From Albugo candida (lineage: Eukaryota): a DNA stretch of 64,000 bases. Every line of letters begins with the position of its first letter. Position 1 is the stretch's first letter. The position numbers and the translations under genes were made by a program. A model generated the notes under the pieces. The model made no database searches, was not told the origin of the DNA, and saw only the letters and a program-made list of their open reading frames with translations. Shown here one piece after another: positions 38,486-51,514 of the stretch. The DNA lies in assembly GCA_040437565.1 (NCBI GenBank), contig JBDOQK010000006.1:682001-746000 (forward strand). The letters run 5' to 3'.

Positions 38486-39500
38486 TTAGTTGTATTTTTG
38501 TGAAATGAATGATAGTATCGATGTTTGAACGAATCCCAAGTCTTGTTTCACAACGACGGGCTCAGTCAGGCTTCCTTTTCTTACATTCGCTCCTGGATTC
38601 ACGATCAGATCCGGGGTGATGTCGTCTAATACGGTGGAAACGTAATACGGATCTCTGCGAATTTTGGTGAATTCAGCCACATCTCGTAAAACGCGCAGAT
38701 ACGTTGCTCGTAGTTGAACCGGTTTGGCTAGAACAGCATCCATCTCGTCCACGCGGTCTTTGAAAAACCTCACATTTTCTGTCACGTCTTGAAATTGAGG
38801 TAGATTAAATTTCGCTCGATATATAAGTTTATCCAACTTTCTTCGATAAATGCAGTCCTACACTTTTGCGTACTCGTACTTTTGGTTCGTGATACTCCAC
38901 CACGTGCACCCGATAATCGAAACTCCAAATCCAGTAAAGTACGTGACCGGCTCCATGATGTCCCAACAGAAATGAAAGAAGGAGAGCCAAAAGTAGAGTT
39001 CAAATCCGCTCACAAGTGTTCCAGTGAGTAAATACAAGAAGCAACTCGAGCATCGTGCTGCACTTTTCTTCAGTTGTTGATACAGCTGTACAAAGTAGCT
39101 ACTTGGGGTTCCAAAGTCAGGATTTGTTATAGAATGTCGTCTCTTTTTTGTCGAAATTGTAGTGTGGAGTTTGGAGTCAATCCGATCGATTCATAGTACG
39201 CATCCAATACGAATTTTGTGTGCAAGAAAATGAAAGCCAGGTAGATCTTTGGCCGATGGCTTACCTTAAATTGATGACGATTCCCGTCTCCTGAAAGGAT
39301 TCCAAAAGTTTTGTAGCTTCTTTGTTTGAGTTACCGTGATCCACTCCAAGCTGGAAATACTCCTAATAAAAGATCCATGCACCACACGCTCAATCATTGG
39401 AATGAAAACATCAGGGATTGTGATACTCTAAGGGATATTTTCCAATGGGAAGCGTTTTCCAACGCGCCACGATATGAAATTATTGACGAGATACGAGCGA
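38486..39500 (-). pseudogene. MCU: Mitochondrial calcium uniporter (MCU) pseudogene
   Basis: Manual translation gives FLYLLTGTLVSGFELYFWLSFFHFC-WDIMEPVTYF-TGFGVSIIGCTWW, i.e. TM1-DIME-TM2. In-frame stops at 38858-38860 and 39127-39129 and a frameshift near 39090. The 5' boundary is approximate. Confidence 0.85.
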
Positions 39501-41024
39501 ATGACTTGGAGGTGCGCCAAGCTCAGCTCTAGAACCAAGTGCCAGATCTTGTGTGTTGACTACACAAAATTGAGCCTTCGTCATGAATTATTGGGTAGAT
39601 TACCGCGCTTGNNNNNNNNNNNNNNNNNNNNNNNNNNNNNNNNNNNNNNNNNNNNNNNNNNNNNNNNNNNNNNNNNNNNNNNNNNNNNNNNNNNNNNNNN
39701 NNNNNNNNNNNAAAAATGAATTTGTAGCGTGTCACGCTCGTTCCTCCGAATTACACCCTTTATCATTCGTATGGTTTTTGTATTCGGATGATTTGATTGA
39801 TGAACGACTTGTGTGCGATAGAAATGCCGGTAGCATACAAACTGCAATGGGCTGCACATGTGGAGACGGTACGGCCCGTTTTTCAATATTGCGCAAGCAT
39901 TTTGAAGAAGTGATACGATGGAATGCAATCTGTTGTGCAGAGAGGCACTTGAGTGCACGACAACGCTTCTCCTACTTGGACCCATTGGATTCTGCTATTC
40001 AACTTTTGCAATAAGGATTACCTCTGGTGGGTAGAAATATCTGCTGCGCATTTAGGTCACATTTATTGCGACGAGCTTTGTGCACGTGCCAGGTTTACTG
40101 GCCACCAGATCCCTCCGGTAACTATCTGTACATATCTGAAGAACTGCCGCAGGTTCAAGTATATGATATTCGGTCAAGAAAACCGCCGAGATGTCGAATG
40201 AGCTACAGCAAGAGACTTGTAAGAGATGTCCTTCACTATTTTCGGTGGAAATTGCTGTTTCATACATCCCACATTGCGATAATTGGGGGGGGGGGATTTC
40301 TCTTACGTTCTGCACCGATAAACACATCCATAATATTGTGAGACATCTTTTGAGCGACAGGAGTTGATCTCATGCACCCATAAATGTGTGTATGGGTAAG
40401 AAAGCTCAATCAGCTTCCAATCCGCAAGCATAGGTGCTTCTTGATCCGGAATAAGTGTCATAGCTTCGTGCCTTACTTCCGCGTGTCTTTCGGTGCAAAG
40501 GACTCCTTTGTAATGGTGACAGAGGATGCAGACCACCTTTACTAACCACGTTATTAGGATACTTCTATCGATGATTTTAGCCCACCTGGCCACTGGAACG
40601 AATTGCTCACTAGTTTTCTCCACATGTACGGTTGAAATTTCGGTTCATATCAGGTTGCTTCGTCAGACAAACTGCTTCACAGCTGAATACTTAAGTGTCA
40701 AGATGGATGGCCAGTCTTAGATCTACAGCTGATCCAGATCCAACCTTATTTTGTGTTTGTGACGCTTGTGTACGCAAAATCTTTTTTTGTTTTCAACTTG
40801 ATTCTGCGAAGCTGTTACCTGTATAGGAGGTCGAGCTTTTGGAGATCGTGTGAAGAATAGAGCTTCTACTGCTAAATTTATAGTATCTACTTTATTTATT
40901 CTTCGTCATTGAATGCTCTGCTCGATCTCCTCCATATTCAAATCACTTGCTTGTATTATAATATAGAAAGAAAAATGTTATCTTCTCTGTCGCTATGATC
41001 GGGCGGACTTGTAATGTATAATAC

Positions 41025-42553
41025 TTACACATTGTTTTCCTGTTCAAGTTGAATTTCAGCGCTTAAAAGCTCCCTCCGCTTGAGCCCTGCAACAATCCAA
41101 CGATGCATGAACATTGCAGCCTCATTCTGTTCACTTTCCAGATCAGCTTCTGTGATTTCACGATCGTTTTCCTTATCATATAAAAATGAAGCGGCCTGCG
41201 AGCACTTCTTAGCATTTAAAAATTCTTCATCGTTACTGACTGCTTCAAGTTTACACTGCAGTTGACTTTCACCAAAGCATTTCGCGAGAATGCTCCACTC
41301 TGGCTTTTCGTGCGCCGTAACATTTGTTTCAGAGAATGGATACCCAAGTAGCACGCACGATGAGTTGATCACTGAGAAGGAGGCTGATTTCGGGGGTGCA
41401 CTCCACGAGGATACTTGAGACAATAGCTTCGTGTTTTCCCTGAATATTGCCGTGAGAAAAGCAAATTTCATTTCGCTTTCTTTTATCGTCTTAGCGTGTT
41501 CCGAAAGACCTTGCACATCCCTCACTATGTTCTCGTCGTTAACGGAGATTCCTGTTTGCATTGCATCAAAAAATGCTTTCCATTCGACCTTCTTTGCTTC
41601 TTTTTGATCAATTTCGTCGAGATATAATCGATGCTCAATTTTTTCCAGACGTTCAATAAACAGATCGGTGATAGAAAGATACGTGTCGATATTTTGAGCA
41701 CTAAACGCACGAGCTTGACCCATCGTGTCCACTGAAATGACCACGGTTTCATCTTTTGTATGAGGCGAAGTAGGCTCTAATTCATTATATACATCTGCGT
41801 GCAGGTGCGATGGATAAGACAACGCACGAGTCAAATAAGCGCCGATCTTGGGTATGCCATAAAAGAACATTTTCGGTTCTCTCAAAACGTTTTCAATGTG
41901 AATGAAAGCAGGGAACTGATTGCTTGCTGAATCATCTTTAGAGTGCTCGCCGGATTCTTGGCTCAATTTTTTGCAAGCATCAAATGTAACTGAGCATTCA
42001 TTTTCTTTTGTATGCCGATTGATCAAAAGCGAGCTACTTTTTTTGGAGGAAGCAATCCAACGCAGAGTGCTGCTCCCGTCTTTGTGCACCATTAACTTTC
42101 CAATGTACGCTTCCTCTGCATCTGTGTACTGGATCAGCCAGCTCAGAATCACATCATATAGCATTGAAATTGTATCTGTTTCCATTTCAAGCTGTTCTCT
42201 TTTAATGGTTCTTTCAAAGCGCTCCTATAAAATCAGATACGATCTCTGTCAACTTTGAGACAGATATCATCTTCCATATATGATACCTTGTAATCACAAT
42301 CATTCCGTATAGCTATTTCTTCCTCCAAAGGGTCTTTTCTTTTTGTTGCAATTGAACCCTCTTGACTCACCAAATGTAATCGTTCCTTTTTTGCAATGTT
42401 CTCGTCATATCTGAGTAGATATTTTCCCAGGTATTCCACGGGATCATTTGGTTGGACAATTGCAAGTTGCTTGAAAGCTTCTGTGAGCGGATAATTAATT
42501 ACACTATGAAGAAGGTCACATTGCTCCATATCTGACATCTTCAGCTCCTCCAT
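41025..42553 (-). CDS. Dpy-30-motif protein with GAF-like region, 2 exons (possibly flagellar)
   Basis: N-terminal PLTEAFKQLAIVQPNDPVEYLGKYLL is a Dpy-30/RIIa-type dimerisation motif. A GT-AG intron at about 42228-42287 joins ORF 41025-42185. IHIENVLREP..FF...PK.GAYL and ISVDTMG...FS resemble a GAF fold. Confidence 0.7.
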
Positions 42554-42596
42554 AACGGACGTGACTACTCACATCAGCTGGATATTCTCAGAGATT

Positions 42597-42612
42597 TCAT
42601 TCCAATTATCTC
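42597..42612 (+). promoter_or_regulatory. Oomycete initiator/FPR-like core promoter element in the 80-bp divergent spacer
   Basis: TCATTCCAATT about 35 nt upstream of the ATG at 42634 resembles the oomycete TCATTY-N-WTT initiator consensus. Confidence 0.4.
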
Positions 42613-42633
42613 AATATTACAGTATCTCTAAAA

Positions 42634-43507
42634 ATGGTGACTGACGATGCGCTTTTAGAGCAATTTCGACAATTCACAAATGGTATGAAGGATTTACACA
42701 AGCACGTTGTGAAGCTAGCACGAATTCATGAATCCATGCGTGAATTCAATGCAACATTTGGAACCTTTCAGACCGTTATTCGTTTGCAGCAAGAATGTTT
42801 AACACATCCGGAAACTATTCGTAAAAAATCATCATTGTCGCTGGAATCGATTGTTGATGCAAAACCAGAAATTAATGACAGTGAAGTCACCCTGCCAGTG
42901 TCCAAACAGAGAGCGGATAACAAAGTAAATAAACGCCAAAGCACTGCACCGGTGAAAACCAATTTGAAAAAGCGAAAACGAACCGCTTTGAAGCAGAATA
43001 AAAATAAAGCATCGTCACAAACATCGCTTTCTAAAGTGTGGAATTGGGACAAAAGTAAGAAAACATATATGACCGAGTGCTGCTGAAGTTTTATTGCAAT
43101 TCTGACTGTCAGGCACACGCAAAAAAATTCCGAAAAAATATCAATCGAAAGAAGAGATGGACAAGCTTGAGACTTTGCTATTGTATCTCAAAAATCGGAG
43201 CGCAGGTCGAAACGCAGCAAATGGCTTGTACGTAACACTAATGTTTTTGGTAAATTTCAATTGCAACCTGTACTTTAGAACAATTGCGGAATTGGTTCGA
43301 CACAGTTGCATTTCGGTGATCCGTTGCAAGGAAATGCTACAAACTTTAATGAAACTGGAGTTGATCACAAGGAAGAAAGAGAAGCTGGTGAGATTTACGC
43401 TTGTATCATTAATCAATCCTTCTCAGTGCAAAATGTTCGGATTGATGCGATAGGGATTTCTGTACTCGCTACGTTCGTCTGCCGTGGCCACTTCCCAAAA
43501 CCCATAA
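42634..43507 (+). CDS. DAM1: DASH complex subunit Dam1 homolog with C-terminal extension, 4 exons
   Basis: LLEQFRQFTNGMKDLHKHVVKLARIHESMREFNATFGTF....LQQECLTHP fits the Dam1 core pattern (F.EL.D....L..N...L..IHESL..FNESF......N..C..FP). Intron 43055-43112 is in frame, and the last exon ends GFLYSLRSSAVATSQNP*. Confidence 0.7.
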
Positions 43508-43560
43508 AGTAAATCATAGAAACAAGTCGATTCATTGTTTCACATGCAGCTGTTCGTCTT

Positions 43561-46500
43561 TCATGGAAGCTGCCAGTCATCCATTACTTTGAGTCGACCA
43601 TTGCGATTTTCCGACAAGGCGATATCGTCTCTCCATCCACGAATAAGCTTTTCATTCGATGGACAATTCTGTTTTTTAGATGGATCAATTCCCTCTTTGT
43701 TTCCTATCACCACATCAGCAAAGCTCAATGAGCGCATAGAAGCTTTTCGAGAATCTCCTTCCGATTTAGGAGTTCCTGGACTGAAGACAAAATGATTTCG
43801 TTGCAATATGGCAGAGCATTCTGTGCGCATCGTACTTGCCCGTTTTTTTCTATTTGATTTGAGTGGGAATTCAGACCCTGCCTGAGTCTGTTTATTTGTG
43901 TTTGTATTTGATTGACTATGTCGACGAGTAAACAGCGGTCCAATATCACGTTTCTCGCGTTGCACATGACTCATTGTCGGAGACAATTTCGATGGTGAAT
44001 TGGATAATAATGGTCCATCGTTTTCTGAAGCACCAAGCTGAGCGTACACGTATGCAGCGTTTGTATCGGTAGTTCTTGTAGGTAAATGAGGTGTCGGTAC
44101 TGGTGCTTCACTATCTCCTGTTTGAAAGCTTTCATCTTGATGTCGTGAACGGTCTTCCTCAAGCACGCAAGTCTGTATATTCAGCGCGGGTCTACTTCCT
44201 GAAGGGGCCTCGTATGCTGCTTGTGGTGGTGCTGGGATGCTGATCGAGTCTCTTGGCGATTTGACACGTATGGAGGTTTGTGAGCCAAGAATGGATCGAA
44301 GTATGTTTTGTGGATGTGGCACAACTCCTGCCACCATATCAGTTTTATGGTCGATACTGGTAGAGTCGGGTAAAGATGCACATATCAGAGTTTCATGTGC
44401 TGCCGCAAAAGAGCGACGAATTTGAGTAATCCGAAAGCAATTCCGGCCGACATTATTGCTTGGTTGCAATGGATCTTCAAGAAAAATAGGATCAAACTTG
44501 TGCGGATCGTACATTTGCTCAGCACCATGTTCTCTGGTGGGCCAATCTTGAAGAGAGTGACGACTCTCGAATGTGTGCGATGACGATGCTGACGAGAATG
44601 AGATCGCGAGCGGTTCTCTTTGAATCTGTTTGAGGTTCGGCCGTTCTAACACATTGGAGCGATCTCTCACTGCAGTGTCAGTACACATGTCGGGAATTCG
44701 TGGGTTGACAGCCAAGGATGAATCTTTCGATTCGGTGGTCGAGGTGTCACGATTGAGAAAAGAACGCGAAGCCACACTGATACCTGTCAGTCGTGGATCA
44801 AAGTGATTCCCGTAAAAATCGAGAAAGCCCAGGAATGTCATTCCAAAATCCTCAAACAATGGAGTAGTAGACATGTGTGTGCTTCCATTATATGTTTCAT
44901 AACCGCCTGAAGATCTGTCTTGCAAGAAGCGTACGACCATAAGCAAAAGCGCATACGATGAAAGCCCGCCGGAATATGCAAAAGCATAGCCACGTTCGAT
45001 TACAAAACTCTTTAGTACCAGCATTAGTGGTACTACAGACGGAAATTCATGAATGAAAGCATGCACGACATCATTTGTTGCTAGTCCATTGTGCCCAGGA
45101 CCTTCGAATGAAATGTCGAGGCGTACATGATACGGTGCTTTGGTGAGCAGTGTGATAATTGGCATCGCAGCGTGAGGTATCGTTTTCACTGATTCTGGAA
45201 CAATCCATGGCTCCTTTCGTAGCTTTCGAGCCAAATTCTGTTGCCAGGTCTCTTTTATCGCATTTCGTCCTTCTAGAACCCCTGCTGCTTCTGCAGGAGC
45301 ATCATGGCGCACTTTCGGCAAGCAAATGACCAGATCTAAATCACTATATATCCACAAGAATCAATTTGGGTCGAAAAAGCAATAAAACTAGTCAAACCTT
45401 GATGGTAAGGCGAGCTGCGTGACGAAGGAGCCGTATGCTCGAACTTGAGCTCGAGGCCACAAAGACTGCACAGTTGCAGTACATAGACGTTGAGCTGCGG
45501 CCTGAGCTGGTTTCCGTTTATCACTCTGAGCTTGTAACAAACTCACGAATTCACACATGTCCCAATGTAATCTGGATCGTGGTGGTAAGGTCGACATCGG
45601 AACTGACACGAATGGTCCATACATATTCGCTTGTACAGGCAGTGTGACAGCTATATTGCCAGCTTGTAAAGTTGAGCTAGTCAAGAACCCATCGTCACAA
45701 GTAGAATCACGGCCAGGCACTGATTTCAATTCCATCGTCTCACAATGCACAAAAGGTTCCTCGAAGTCCGGTGCCTGCAATTCGCTGCTCGTTCCACAGC
45801 CTCTGGCGAAAGCCTGTGCGTCCATCAACTTGGTGCTTTCACTTATATGCTTCTCGATACTCTCACCACCAGCATGTGTGAATAATCTCAAACTCTCGTC
45901 AGTTGCACATAATCGAGCTTCCAATGATTTGACAGCTTTTCGTAGGTCTGTTACCTCATCAACGAGTCGACTTGTAATCTTTTCGAAATTCTGACAATAC
46001 AGTTAGCCCATGAGACTCATCAACCAAGAGATTGTCCTACCTTTGTTTTGGATTCCAAACTCTCTTCCAACATGGCAATAGAGCATACAAGGCCAGATGT
46101 TGCTCCAATGAGATCTTCGTTTTGCTTCTTCACGTTCTCCGCGCGTTCAGATCGACACGTACAGCACAAATTGTTTCCAATGATATCAGCGGATAAAGTG
46201 ATCTGATCCCCGTTGCAATCGAGCTCGTCGCCTTTTGTTGGGTTTAAAGCGCTCGACCAAAGTTTGCGAGAAGCGTTGTCTGTATTCACACCAATATTTC
46301 TCTTCTTCGTGGCGTGATTTAGCGATGATTTTGTTTGGTTTGATTCTTTCTCGTAGCAAGAGAGAAAATCATTGGAGTCATCGCATTGCATAGAACTGTC
46401 AATCAAAAAGGGGGCGCTGGCCGGAGCGAACTGTTTGAACGGATATTTTCTTGTCAAAGCTGAACTTGGTTGCATCATCTCCGTACTTGCATCGATTGAG

Positions 46501-49500
46501 TCTTGAAGTGTAGACGATTGCCACGTTTGGAAATCCCAATCATGATTTGAGATGACTGAATTCTCAGAAGCTGTCAAAGCCGCCGCATTGCTTGATGTAT
46601 TCAGCGAAACTGGTTGATACCATTTCTCTGCTGACCAGTGGTGGTAGACTCGCTTATCCAGCGTCCCTGTTTTGAATTGTTCGTCATCTCGAGCATGCTC
46701 ATTTAGATCGAAATCAGATGTCAACAATTTAAGGGCTTGTGAAGATGCCAATGAAAAGTCAAAATCACTCTCGGGAGCTTTATGTTGCCGGCGTGGTGAT
46801 AACTCCCTCGAATCCATGGTAGGATTCTTATAATCCCCATAGTTGTGCTTTTGCACTGTTATCGATCCAGATTGTTGCAATCTATTTGATCTTGTATTGC
46901 TCTCTTCAACCTGTTCTTCTGGGATTGCTTTCAACTCTATCAGAGTGTGGTTGGAGTCAGGTGGGCTAAGAAAGTCACTCTGGTCATTTCCATCTCTTGC
47001 CACTTGTCGAGTTATGTCGATGTCGTTCATGTGATTCGGTGTTGGGTGCGCCTTCATTTTACGATCAATTTCTTTCTTGATTCTCTGCTTTCTCTTTCTT
47101 TGCTTCTTACTGATGGTACTTTGCTGGAGATGACCGACTTGAGCTGTTACGCCATATGCTCCATTGATGATTTCATGAACGAGGTCGATACAAATAGCAA
47201 GCTTAGCGGATTCTTTCTGCTTTACTGACGACACAATCTGCGCTAGAACAGCGCAAAAGCGCTTTCCATGTTCCACTTTATACATTAGGACTTTCCGACG
47301 CTGTTTCAACGCTTTTTTTCGACACGCTCTTCTTTTTTGTGCGCCAGTTTTCAATACATAGGCGTTGTTGATGCATGAATGCACACTTCCTTCCTTTAGT
47401 TCGTCAGACTCCACTTGCATCAGTCTTTCACTCAATGTAACAGAGCAAGATTCTTGTATCATCTCCGCAAATAATAACTTCACAGCTGCACCGTGCGGTG
47501 ACAGTATCATTGTATCAAATGAGCACTGAAAACTTCTTTCTGCAACCTCCCGAGCGCATAGATCTCTAGTCATCTCACCACCTCTCACAAGAAATTCTAC
47601 AATGTCCAAAAGACTTGCAAGAGACTTGATATTGTNNNNNNNNNNNNNNNNNNNNNNNNNNNNNNNNNNNNNNNNNNNNNNNNNNNNNNNNNNNNNNNNN
47701 NNNNNNNNNNNNNNNNNNNNNNNNNNNNNNNNNNNTGTTGCAATCTATTTGATCTTGTATTGCTCTCTTCAACCTGTTCTTCTGGGATTGCTTTCAACTC
47801 TATCAGAGTGTGGTTGGAGTCAGGTGGGCTAAGAAAGTCACTCTGGTCATTTCCATCTCTTGCCACTTGTCGAGTTATGTCGATGTCGTTCATGTGATTC
47901 GGTGTTGGGTGCGCCTTCATTTTACGATCAATTTCTTTCTTGATTCTCTGCTTTCTCTTTCTTTGCTTCTTACTGATGGTACTTTGCTGGAGATGACCGA
48001 CTTGAGCTGTTACGCCATATGCTCCATTGATGATTTCATGAACGAGGTCGATACAAATAGCAAGCTTAGCGGATTCTTTCTGCTTTACTGACGACACAAT
48101 CTGCGCTAGAACAGCGCAAAAGCGCTTTCCATGTTCCACTTTATACATTAGGACTTTCCGACGCTGTTTCAACGCTTTTTTTCGACACGCTCTTCTTTTT
48201 TGTGCGCCAGTTTTCAATACATAGGCGTTGTTGATGCATGAATGCACACTTCCTTCCTTTAGTTCGTCAGACTCCACTTGCATCAGTCTTTCACTCAATG
48301 TAACAGAGCAAGATTCTTGTATCATCTCCGCAAATAATAACTTCACAGCTGCACCGTGCGGTGACAGTATCATTGTATCAAATGAGCACTGAAAACTTCT
48401 TTCTGCAACCTCCCGAGCGCATAGATCTCTAGTCATCTCACCACCTCTCACAAGAAATTCTACAATGTCCAAAAGACTTGCAAGAGACTTGATATTGTGC
48501 TGCTCATCCATTGTCGATTTAATATATCCGATGATTCTTTGAGCTCCTTCTTTGCACCATTTGATCGGTAGTGTCTTCTCCTTTTGAGTATCGTGCCATT
48601 GATTTATAAGAATCGATTTCTCTGAAAAAGTATTTCGAAGTCTATGCTGATTATATATCGCGTTTTGTGATGTAGCCGAGTAGTATGCTTGCCAAATTCT
48701 GACTTCCTAAAGTCTGTGATTAGTATCATGGAGTCAAGAATGTATCAATCTCCTTACTTACGAAACAATTTGCAAGAAACACTGAAACAGAATAGAATGA
48801 GCGTAATGAGAACCACTGGAAATAAATAATTAGTCCTGATGTTCCCTTTTCTCGATTGGCAAAATGCATACCGCTGTTTCGATCCAGACGCTTTTATTGT
48901 GTATCAGTTGCTTTTTGTTACCCTGTGCTGCCGTATCGAGCTTTTTAGGGATACCCCAAGCTAAGAAGTCTCCATCTGTTACATTCCTCAGTATCTCCAG
49001 TACAGTATCAATGTCGTGACCATCATGACCAAAGGTCAGTACAATACCGTCACAGATTTTGGTGGAGTTGAAATAGCAAAGTCGACGTGATAGGGACTTG
49101 CAGCTTGATGTGTATGAAGATCCATGCAACGCATGAAGGAAGTCGCCGTCATCGGTACTTCTTATCGGTCTGGTGATAAATTCTCTGTTCACAAGGTACA
49201 ATGAATATGCCGATAGAAAAGGACAAATTCTGATCGTTCTAACGATACCGTGGTGCGTCCGATCTGGTATAACATCCCTTTCGATTTAATTTTCTCGAAT
49301 TGGATTCATTTGTATCGAGTGCCGTGACTGAAGGTGACAAACGAAACTCAGTGACAAATTGTTGGCATTTGTAGCGCTTTCTCTTGGTGATAGACATGCT
49401 GATGATCGTTTTCACCAAAGAGGTATCCACGATTGAGAAGATGGATTGGAGCTCCGATCGGCTTTGTCCGCGTAACCAATGAATAACGCTTCTTTTCAAT

Positions 49501-49745
49501 TCAGGTTGATACTGTGCAGATGCGCTGGAAGAAGACGGAGTTGGCACCTCGGAATACCGCTTTTTACTCTTTGCGCGACGTGAGTTACTACAGTCTTCGA
49601 TACAGATCTTGTTGCCTAGACACATAATAAGTTCACCGAGAGCCTCAATGAGCTGACGCGATTGTGATAAAGCGGCATGTGAACTGGCCATTCTTCGCAT
49701 ACACTGAATAAGGTCACACACTAAAGAAGGCGTAGAAGAGATCAT
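43561..49745 (-). CDS. TRF4/PAPD5-like non-canonical poly(A) polymerase with long N-terminal region, multi-exon
   Basis: [18 protein letters not shown] nucleotidyltransferase motif, [24 protein letters not shown] and [17 protein letters not shown]. Upstream minus-strand ORFs (46020-49745) appear to be further exons, but that linkage and the start are inferred. The ~760-bp internal duplicate is a gap artefact. Confidence 0.75.
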
Positions 49746-49762
49746 CCTCGGACGACGATACC

Positions 49763-51297
49763 ATGTCTGATGTTGTTCTTCGCGTGTATGATTTAAGTCG
49801 CGGTATGGCGGCTCAGCTCTCACTCGCTATACTTGGTAAGCAAATTGATGGAATTTGGCATACAGGAGTTTATGTTTTCGGACGGTAAGAAGGTGTTCAC
49901 TATACTCGAGCCTGTATATAACTTCACATGAACACTTGTGTTGATAGCGAGTATTTTTTTGGTGGTGGAATACAGGTGAGGTTCTTGATATCGAGCCAAG
50001 CTCAACTTGCTTTCATTCTTTTATGCACTAGACAATGGAGCCCACCGAAGTTGTGCAGCGATACGCTATGGAACCCGTTCGAGTGATCGCAATGGGAAAA
50101 ACAGATATCACTGAAACACGATTTCATGCGTTCTTACACGAAATTCGGGCGCGTTACACCGAACAGACATACGATTTGCTGACGCACAATTGCAACAATT
50201 TTTCAGATGAGATTGTCAAGTTCTTATTGCATGGTAGCGGCATTCCGAAGGACATTTTAGACCTTCCACATCAGGTATTATCAACCCCTATGGGTGCAAT
50301 GCTTCGACCCATGCTAGAAGATGTTCAGCGTCAAATGCGACTGAATGGGTCCCAGATTCCATTTACAGCTGCTGCTAACGAAAAGGCTATTACAGAACCC
50401 GCTTCGAAAGGTGTCGGAAAACGTAAATTCATATACTCTGGAAACCCGCAGCTGTATCTACCGCAAATATTGGGTCGAATTCAAGAACTGAATGAAAAGC
50501 AAATGGTCCTATCAGCTGATGAAATGCAAACTCTACAAGACGTACAAAAGTCATCAGAGACTTCTCTCTCCCAAACACATCCAACGGAGTTCATGGAAGC
50601 ATTATCTCGCTCGTGGACAATGCTACTGAAGCTAATGCGATCACAGGACCAGAAATCTCAATGGATTTTCCCCAAATTATGCTTGCTTCGTGCCCTCTTG
50701 TTGTTCCCAGTCAACGACACGAAGAACCTGATGGAGTGCCTCGAGTGCTTTTTCACATTGATCGAATCCTCAGTCAAAGTAGGATCGACTTGCTTCTCTT
50801 CACATACGGAGGAGATTGCCGTTTTATCCGTATTGCTAAACTCATTCATAAACCCAGCTATTACCGAGTTTACCATTACCCACGCAAATCAATTTCTTCC
50901 CTTTGTATTTCGAGCGATCTCAACGATGGATAACCACTTAGAAGTTCGAATAATGAGTTCAAAAGTAGTCCAAAACTGTTGTCTCGCATTGGAATTGGAA
51001 GAAGAAATGATCGTGTCGACACTGGTATGCGGATCCATCGAGGTGATGGGAACCATGTCTCAGAGCGATCACGAAAGTGCATCTCACCCTTCGCAAGAGA
51101 TGATGATAGAAAGTTTGATGAATGGGATTATACACTTATTATCGAGCTTCCGTCTTGCTCGGAATCTGTCGATGCAACTTGGACTAGAAAGCATTCTACA
51201 ACGTTTGCAACCTACCCAATCCATCTCTGGACTAGTTCGAGAAATCCGAGCAATAGTATCTAGGCATGGCTCAACTGACATGGAGCACAGTAAGTAG
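49763..51297 (+). CDS. DESI1: PPPDE/DeSI deSUMOylase-type peptidase with C-terminal PUL-like ARM domain, 3 exons
   Basis: Exon 1 [20 protein letters not shown]...[13 protein letters not shown] (missed by the ORF track), exon 2 EYFFGGGIQ, exon 3 [12 protein letters not shown]. The His/Cys dyad is intact. [12 protein letters not shown] resembles a PUL domain. Confidence 0.88.
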
Positions 51298-51514
51298 AAC
51301 GCACTAATCGCAATCCAATAAGACTCCATGCATCTCCCTTTTTATTCGCTTACTGGTTCTGTGAATCGTTAAAACACAGTAAACACATTTCAAATGTATT
51401 TTTTCATTTCTTCGGTACTCAATTCGCTCAGCTCATGTAGTACATCGATATACCAGCTTTATTATGGCCTCTTCGATCTGATCAGAATTCCTTATACGCG
51501 AGCTGTGAGTCTTT

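Noticed and set aside
46872-48497. About 760-bp direct duplication within the TRF4-like gene
   Set aside because: Apparently identical copies abut a 100-N gap on both sides. This is an unmerged contig overlap, not a tandem duplication.
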